From Myxococcales bacterium (lineage in GTDB: Bacteria; Myxococcota; Myxococcia; Myxococcales; Anaeromyxobacteraceae): a stretch of DNA of 12,441 nt. Shown here piece after piece: positions 7,543 through 12,441 of this stretch (its first letter is position 1; each line of letters starts with the position of its first letter). Location of the stretch: assembly GCA_038320275.1 (NCBI GenBank), contig JBBQEB010000117.1, positions 1-12,441 of the forward strand. The letters are read 5' to 3'. A program made the translations under genes and the position numbers. Below the pieces are notes generated by a model. It was not told the DNA's origin. It worked only from the letters and a program-made list of their open reading frames with translations, and made no database searches.

Positions 7543-8787
7543 CTAGTTCCCCGGCGGCGGCGGGCCGCGGAAGATGTGCAGGCCCGATCCCACCTCCAGA
7601 TAGAAGCCGAAGGTGAAGGCGATGTCGCCCTGGGCATTGGCGAGCCCGCGCGGCGGGTTCGCGAAAGGCTGCGCCTTCTGGAACGCCTCCACCGCCGAGC
7701 GGTCGAGGAATTCCACCCCACAGCTCTTTTGCACCGCGACGTTCTTCAGCGTGCCCCCGTCGTCCAGCGTGACCGACACCACCGTCACCCGATCCTTGTA
7801 GGCGAAGCGCTCTCCGGTGGGGTCGCGCGCGCGCAGCGAGCTCGTGGGATCCCACTGCGTCGCCACCGCCTGCTTGATGCGGTTGAAGTAGCTCGCGTAC
7901 TTCCACTCGCGCGTGTTGAGGAAGGTGCTCTCCCCCTCCTCCACGCCATCCAGGTGGTCGGGGGCGGGCCCACCCGCCAGCCGATCGTAGGTGGACGCGC
8001 TGGGATGCAACTGTAGATCCGAGCGCGGCCCGGGCGTCCCGGCGCGACCCGCCTCGCCCTCCCCGGCCTCCCGGGCCTCCTCTCCGCCCGGCGCGGGCGG
8101 CGTGGGCCCGTCTCCGCGGATCGCTTGCAGCGGATCGCGCACCCGCAGATCACCTGTGCGATCGAGCTGCAGGGCCAGTCGCTCGCGGGCCTGCTGGTCC
8201 GGGATCCGCTGCGGCCCGCCCCCTCGCTGCGCCGCGCGGCGCTCGCCAGGCTTGACGGCGCCTGCCTTGCCCGCCTCCCCCGCTGGAGGCGCCCGCTCGC
8301 GCGCCTCCGCCGGAGCGTTCGGGGCGGCCTTGGGGTCGGACGGCTTGGGCAGGGTGTTGGCGTAGCCTGGCCTCGCCGAGCGCGAGCGCGTCTCCTTCTC
8401 CACCGTGTTGTTCCGGTCCGAGACGAAGCGGCTGTCCTTGGGGGCAGAGTCGTTCCGGGAGGGCGCCACGTCCACCACCTGGCCCGGCGCGTTGCTGGGC
8501 GGGGGCGGCGGGGGAGGTGGGACCGCCCGCGGAGGTGGCGTGGACCGGCTCCGGGGAGCGCCCGGCGCAGCCCGGCGGTTCGCCTCCCATTCGGCCGCCG
8601 AGAGCGGCGCCAGCGAGACAGCGGTCGGAGGCGAGACCCGCGGACCCGCGCGCAGGAACCCGCCCCGCTTCGCTTCCCACAGCACCGCCATGTTCACGAT
8701 GAGTGACACCGCCAGCGCGGCCAGGCCCCGCAGCCACGGCCTGGACCGCCTGCGGGATCTTCGGAGGCTCGGGCCGAGGTACGCCAC
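7543..8787 (-). CDS. TonB/TolA-family energy transducer, about 414 aa
   Basis: Arg-rich N-terminus, single TM helix (LAALAVSLIVNMAVLW), long Pro/Ala-rich linker with poly-Pro, and a TonB/TolA-type C-terminal domain (YASYFNRIKQAVATQW...VTLDDGGTLKNVAVQKSCGVEFLDRSAVEAFQKAQPFANPP). Start is GTG 8787 or ATG 8799; the extension to 9348 is the shadow of the opposite gene. Confidence 0.88.
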   Translation of the reverse strand: MAYLGPSLRRSRRRSRPWLRGLAALAVSLIVNMAVLWEAKRGGFLRAGPRVSPPTAVSLAPLSAAEWEANRRAAPGAPRSRSTPPPRAVPPPPPPPPSNAPGQVVDVAPSRNDSAPKDSRFVSDRNNTVEKETRSRSARPGYANTLPKPSDPKAAPNAPAEARERAPPAGEAGKAGAVKPGERRAAQRGGGPQRIPDQQARERLALQLDRTGDLRVRDPLQAIRGDGPTPPAPGGEEAREAGEGEAGRAGTPGPRSDLQLHPSASTYDRLAGGPAPDHLDGVEEGESTFLNTREWKYASYFNRIKQAVATQWDPTSSLRARDPTGERFAYKDRVTVVSVTLDDGGTLKNVAVQKSCGVEFLDRSAVEAFQKAQPFANPPRGLANAQGDIAFTFGFYLEVGSGLHIFRGPPPPGN

Positions 8788-8797
8788 CAGAGGGCCC

Positions 8798-8803
8798 ATT
8801 CTA
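8798..8803 (-). promoter_or_regulatory. Probable -10 element (TAGAAT) for the TonB-like gene
   Basis: TAGAAT on the minus strand ends 10 nt before GTG 8787. No clear -35 or SD. Confidence 0.45.
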
Positions 8804-8900
8804 ATCGCAAGGGGCGCCGCATCGCGGGCGCCTCGCGGGATGCCCCGTTGGTCCGCTTGGCTCCGGACCCGCCCATTCCTTACAAGGGCGCTCGCCCACG

Positions 8901-10865
8901 ATGACCGACCGCTCGCCCTCAGCTCCATCGGCAGCGGCCCGGCCGTGGTCGATCCGGCACCGGACCGCGCTACGGCTCGCGCTCGCCGCGGCCGTTCTCT
9001 TCGCCCTGGGCGGGATCGTCTGGCGCGCCGTGAACAGCGAGGCCGCCCGCGGGCTCCTGCGCCGGGAGCTGGCCTCGGCGCTGGCAGCGCGGATCCCGGG
9101 GGCCCGCATCGACGGCGCGGTCCACGTCGACCCCGCCCTTCACGTGATCGCCGCCGGCGTGGTCGTGCCCGGCGAACCGGGCGCTCCGCCCGTCGTCTCG
9201 ATCGACCGGCTGGTGGCACGCCCCTGCTTCTCCGCCCTGCTTCGCGGGCGGGCCGCCGCGGCGTCTTTCCGCCTGGAGGGGGTGCGCATCGACGCGGGGC
9301 CTCGCGGCTCGGCGCTGGTGGGGCTGGTGCGGCGCATGCGCTCGGCACGCCCGGAGAGTGCCGAGCGGTCGAACGGCGCGCGCCCGGCCCCCCTCCCCGA
9401 CATCCGCTTCGCCGGCCTCACCCTCTCCGGAACGCTCTCCCGCAGGCCTGGGAGCTCGATCATCACCTTGGGGCCGCTGGACGGGAGGCTGCGCCTCTCC
9501 CGCCCGGGAGAGCGGACGGACGCCCTCGCCCAGGTCCGCTTCTCCCAGGGCGGTGCCGGGGAGGCCCGCATCCGCCGCGAGGGTGGGCGCACCAGCGCGA
9601 GCCTCCACCTGCACGGCGTCGCGCCCGGCGCGATCCCGTCCGCCATCCAGGGCCGGCTCCCCGTCGCGATGCAGGGCGGGACGCTCTCGTTCGACCTCGA
9701 CGCCGACCGCCTCGAGGCGCTCGACCGCGGCGAAGCTCGCGTGAGCATCGGCGGCTCGGCCCTCGTCGTCCGCGCCGGACGGCTGTCGGAAGGCCCCGTC
9801 GGCCCGCTCACCGGCCGCGCCTCCGGCCGCCTGCGCTGGGACCTCTCGGGGGCAGCGGTGAGCTTCGAGGATGGCCGGGTGGAGCTCGGAGAGGGCGGGC
9901 GCACGGGCGCGGACGTGAGGGCCTCCTTCCACGGGCGCCCGGAGGCGCGCTTCTCGGTGGATGCGCGTGCCAGCGCGGACTGGGAGGCGCTGGCGAAGGC
10001 GCTTCCTGCCGCGCTCGCCCCACCCCCCGAAGCGCCAGCGCTGCGCGGGGTCCTCCTGGCGCGGCTCTCCGTCTCCGGGCCTCTCCGCCAGCGCTCCCGC
10101 TGGACGGTGGAGGGAGACCTCGACCCCTCGGGCCTGTCGCCGACGGTGACCGCGGGCGCGCCTGGCGCGGAGCGGCTCGATCGCCCGTTCACGTTTCACG
10201 CGCCGCTCGCGTCCGGAGGCACGCGCGACGTCGTCATCGGCCCAGCCAACACCGCCTTCGTGCCGCTGAACGCGCTGCCCGCCTACGTGGTGCGGGCCGT
10301 CACCACCAGCGAGGACGCCGGCTTCTACGCCCACCACGGCTTCGACCTCTCGGAGGTGCAGGACGCGCTGGCTCGCTCCGGGAGCCATGGCCGCCTGCGC
10401 GGCGCGTCCACCATCAGCCAGCAGCTCGCCAAGAACCTGTTCCTCTCGCCGGAGCGGACGCTCGCGCGCAAGGCGCGGGAGGCGCTCGCGACGATCGCGC
10501 TGGAGGCGGCCCTGCCCAAGCGGCGCCTGCTCGAGATCTACCTCAACCTCGCCGAGTGGGGACCCGGGGTGCGCGGCATCGGCGAGGCGGCCCGCCACTG
10601 GTTCGGAAAGGACGCGCGCGCGCTCACGCCCAAGGAGGCCTGCTTCCTTGCCACGGTGATCCCGAACCCGGTGAAGTACGAACGCTACCGCCGGCGAGGC
10701 GCGCTCACCGACGCGTGGGAGGAACGGGTGCGCGGGCTCCTCCTCAAGCTTCACGCCACGGGCGCGATCGACGACGAGCAGCTCTACCTGGCCTGGGACG
10801 CTCCGCTGCGCTTCGCCGGCGCGCCCGGGCCCGACGAGCCGCTCGCGCCGCCCGCGCCGCCCTGA
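8901..10865 (+). CDS. Monofunctional peptidoglycan glycosyltransferase (GT51) with a long N-terminal beta-rich extension, 654 aa
   Basis: N-terminal TM (LALAAAVLFALGGIVW). GT51 motifs EDAGFYAHHG (Glu471, codon at 10311), GASTISQQLAKN, RKARE and KRRLLEIYLN. The protein ends after the GT domain, with no transpeptidase domain. Confidence 0.9.
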   Translation: MTDRSPSAPSAAARPWSIRHRTALRLALAAAVLFALGGIVWRAVNSEAARGLLRRELASALAARIPGARIDGAVHVDPALHVIAAGVVVPGEPGAPPVVSIDRLVARPCFSALLRGRAAAASFRLEGVRIDAGPRGSALVGLVRRMRSARPESAERSNGARPAPLPDIRFAGLTLSGTLSRRPGSSIITLGPLDGRLRLSRPGERTDALAQVRFSQGGAGEARIRREGGRTSASLHLHGVAPGAIPSAIQGRLPVAMQGGTLSFDLDADRLEALDRGEARVSIGGSALVVRAGRLSEGPVGPLTGRASGRLRWDLSGAAVSFEDGRVELGEGGRTGADVRASFHGRPEARFSVDARASADWEALAKALPAALAPPPEAPALRGVLLARLSVSGPLRQRSRWTVEGDLDPSGLSPTVTAGAPGAERLDRPFTFHAPLASGGTRDVVIGPANTAFVPLNALPAYVVRAVTTSEDAGFYAHHGFDLSEVQDALARSGSHGRLRGASTISQQLAKNLFLSPERTLARKAREALATIALEAALPKRRLLEIYLNLAEWGPGVRGIGEAARHWFGKDARALTPKEACFLATVIPNPVKYERYRRRGALTDAWEERVRGLLLKLHATGAIDDEQLYLAWDAPLRFAGAPGPDEPLAPPAPP

Positions 10866-11895
10866 GGACCGCTTTTCGCCGCTTCAGCGCCTCCACCGCG
10901 CGGGACAGCGCGTAGGTGACGGCGAGCATGACGGCGATTCCTGCCACGACCGCCGGCGTCCCGAGCGCGCGGTGGAGGGGGCGGGTGAGGAGCCCGTAGG
11001 TGAGCTCGACCGAGGCGGCGTAGCCCAGGAGCGAGTGCCTCCCCAGGACCGTCAGCCATTCGAAGCGCCCGGCCGGCAGAGGAAGGAGCTGGAGCGCGCC
11101 GGTGGTGGCGAGGAGCACCGCCAGCCGGATCGTGAACCACGAGGGCGAGGTATGCCAGAAGTCCTGGTGGGCGTAGACCGGGGGAAGCGCGGTGGAGAGC
11201 GCGCCGATCGCGGCGAGGGCGGCGCCTCCGGCGAGGAGAGCGCGGGGGCGATCGCGCTCCAGCACCAGCCTCCCCACGACGACGCCCGCGAGGAGAAAGC
11301 CGCTCCAGGGAAGCAGGGAGAAGCTCGCCCGCGGCATCGTGCCGTACAGGTAGTCGAGCGCCCTGCTGGGCGCGTGGTGCCATCCCGCGGCGAGCGGTGC
11401 TGCGAGCGCCGCCAGCGCGGCCGCCGCCAACCCGAGGGCGAGCTGTGCCCGCCTGGGCAAGCCCACCAGGAGAGCGCCGAGCGCGAGCGAGACAGCGATG
11501 ACGTTGAGGATGTCGACCCGCAGCAGGTCCCTCCAGGCGCCGGGCACGAGGAACGCGAAGCCGAGCAGGTACTCCGCGGCCCGGAACGCGTACGCCACGG
11601 CGAGGAGGCGCAGCGCCCGGGAGAGCGCGGCGCTGCGGCGCGCTCCGGAGCTCATCCCCTTCGCCTTCGCCGAGGCGTCGGAGAGCGCCTGCGAGAGTCC
11701 GGCCAGGAAGAGGAAAGCGGGGGCCGCCATGCCGCCCAGCATCTGGAGCGCAGCGAAGGCCCACCCCCGCGGAGCCGCGGGTGCGAGCCAGGAGTCGAGG
11801 GTGTGGACCTCGACCATGCAGACCACGGCGAGGCCGCGCTGCAGGTCGAGCCAGCCCTTCCGGCGCGGAGGAGGATCGCGCGCCGTCGAGCTCAT
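10744..11895 (-). CDS. Polytopic membrane acyltransferase, DUF1624/HGSNAT-like (acyltransferase-3 clan)
   Basis: N-terminal WLDLQRGLAVVCMVEVH, then APAFLFLAGLS, VDILNVIA, FSLLPWSGFLLAG and LTVLGRHSL, with many hydrophobic segments. The Arg-rich 3' tail overlaps the GT51 gene. Confidence 0.82.
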   Translation of the reverse strand: MSSTARDPPPRRKGWLDLQRGLAVVCMVEVHTLDSWLAPAAPRGWAFAALQMLGGMAAPAFLFLAGLSQALSDASAKAKGMSSGARRSAALSRALRLLAVAYAFRAAEYLLGFAFLVPGAWRDLLRVDILNVIAVSLALGALLVGLPRRAQLALGLAAAALAALAAPLAAGWHHAPSRALDYLYGTMPRASFSLLPWSGFLLAGVVVGRLVLERDRPRALLAGGAALAAIGALSTALPPVYAHQDFWHTSPSWFTIRLAVLLATTGALQLLPLPAGRFEWLTVLGRHSLLGYAASVELTYGLLTRPLHRALGTPAVVAGIAVMLAVTYALSRAVEALKRRKAVLRAARAARAARRARARRRSAAERPRPGRAARRRSRPWREA

Positions 11896-11934
11896 GGTGG
11901 GGGGGCGGCGGTGCCGCGGGCTCGGCGGCGGTCG

Positions 11935-12156
11935 CTACTTGTCGCGGTAGGTGATGCGGCCGCGCGTGAGGTCGTACGGGGAGAGCTCGAGCTTGACGCG
12001 ATCGCCGGGGATGATGCGGATGTGGAACTTCTTCATCTTGCCCGACGCGTAGGCGAGGACCACCGGGCCCTGGTCGATCTTCACGCGATACATCCCACCG
12101 GCGAGGGCCTCCTCGACCGTGCCCTGAACTTCGATGCCGGCTTCCTTCTCGCTCAT
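11935..12156 (-). CDS. infA: Translation initiation factor IF-1, 73 aa
   Basis: [11 protein letters not shown]...SGKM...[34 protein letters not shown] at 12161-12166 ahead of ATG 12156. Confidence 0.96.
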   Translation of the reverse strand: MSEKEAGIEVQGTVEEALAGGMYRVKIDQGPVVLAYASGKMKKFHIRIIPGDRVKLELSPYDLTRGRITYRDK

Positions 12157-12223
12157 CGCTCTCCTTGCGCGTCTCGCGCCGGGCACGCCCCCAAAGGAGG
12201 CGCGCCCGCGCGATCGCGCGCGA

Positions 12224-12252
12224 AATATCCTCGGAAGGGCGCAGGGCGTCAA
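12224..12252 (-). promoter_or_regulatory. sigma70-type promoter of infA
   Basis: TTGACG (12252-12247), 17-nt spacer, GATATT (12229-12224). Confidence 0.65.
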
Positions 12253-12266
12253 GCGATCACGCCGTT

Positions 12267-12440
12267 TCAGGCCTTCACCCCCAGCGCGGTCGCGAGCGCC
12301 CGGGCGCGGGCGCCCACCTCACCCGGCTCCGAGGACAGGCTGGCGAGCTCGGAGCGGGCGCCCTCGGCCCCGCCCAGCGAGGCCAGCGCGACCTCCGCCC
12401 GGACCAGCCTGATCTGGGGATCGTCCGGCGCCAGCCGGCT
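12267..12440 (-). CDS. 3' end of a helical-repeat (TPR-like) protein entering from the right edge
   Basis: Translated by hand: ...[57 protein letters not shown] (TGA at 12269-12267). Codons are mostly G/C-ending, and LAPDDP resembles a TPR turn. Confidence 0.55.
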   Translation of the reverse strand, partial: SRLAPDDPQIRLVRAEVALASLGGAEGARSELASLSSEPGEVGARARALATALGVKA

Positions 12441-12441
12441 T

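Noticed and set aside
8500..8525. G-rich tract as a G-quadruplex or phase-variable run
   Set aside because: Explained by the poly-Pro codons of the TonB-like linker on the minus strand; the runs are interrupted.
8800..9348. N-terminal extension of the TonB-like ORF to 601 aa
   Set aside because: Low-complexity Arg/Pro sequence antisense to the GT51 gene; a -10-like box and the TM helix position indicate a start at 8787-8799.

Overview
Very GC-rich bacterial chromosomal window; a Myxococcota (Anaeromyxobacter-like) origin is inferred from GC content and gene content, not verified. Left: a truncated secreted protein, a small Asr-like Ala/Lys/Pro-rich secreted protein with its own terminator, and a double zinc-ribbon protein divergent from folD. 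Centre: a one-carbon cluster folD-gcvT-gcvH-gcvPA-gcvPB, with no lpd, lipoylation genes or glycine riboswitch seen. Right: a cell-envelope neighbourhood with a small outer-membrane beta-barrel behind a structured 253-nt intergenic region, an orphan TonB/TolA-like protein with a SxxxN transmembrane motif, a GT51 peptidoglycan glycosyltransferase fused to a long beta-rich N-terminal domain with no transpeptidase, and a DUF1624/acyltransferase-3-like membrane protein. These are followed by a divergent-looking infA and the 3' end of a TPR-like gene. No mobile element, CRISPR, tRNA or rRNA is seen. The best candidate for an undescribed system is the envelope cluster at 6854-11895, but its genes are in mixed orientation and the functional link is only inferred.
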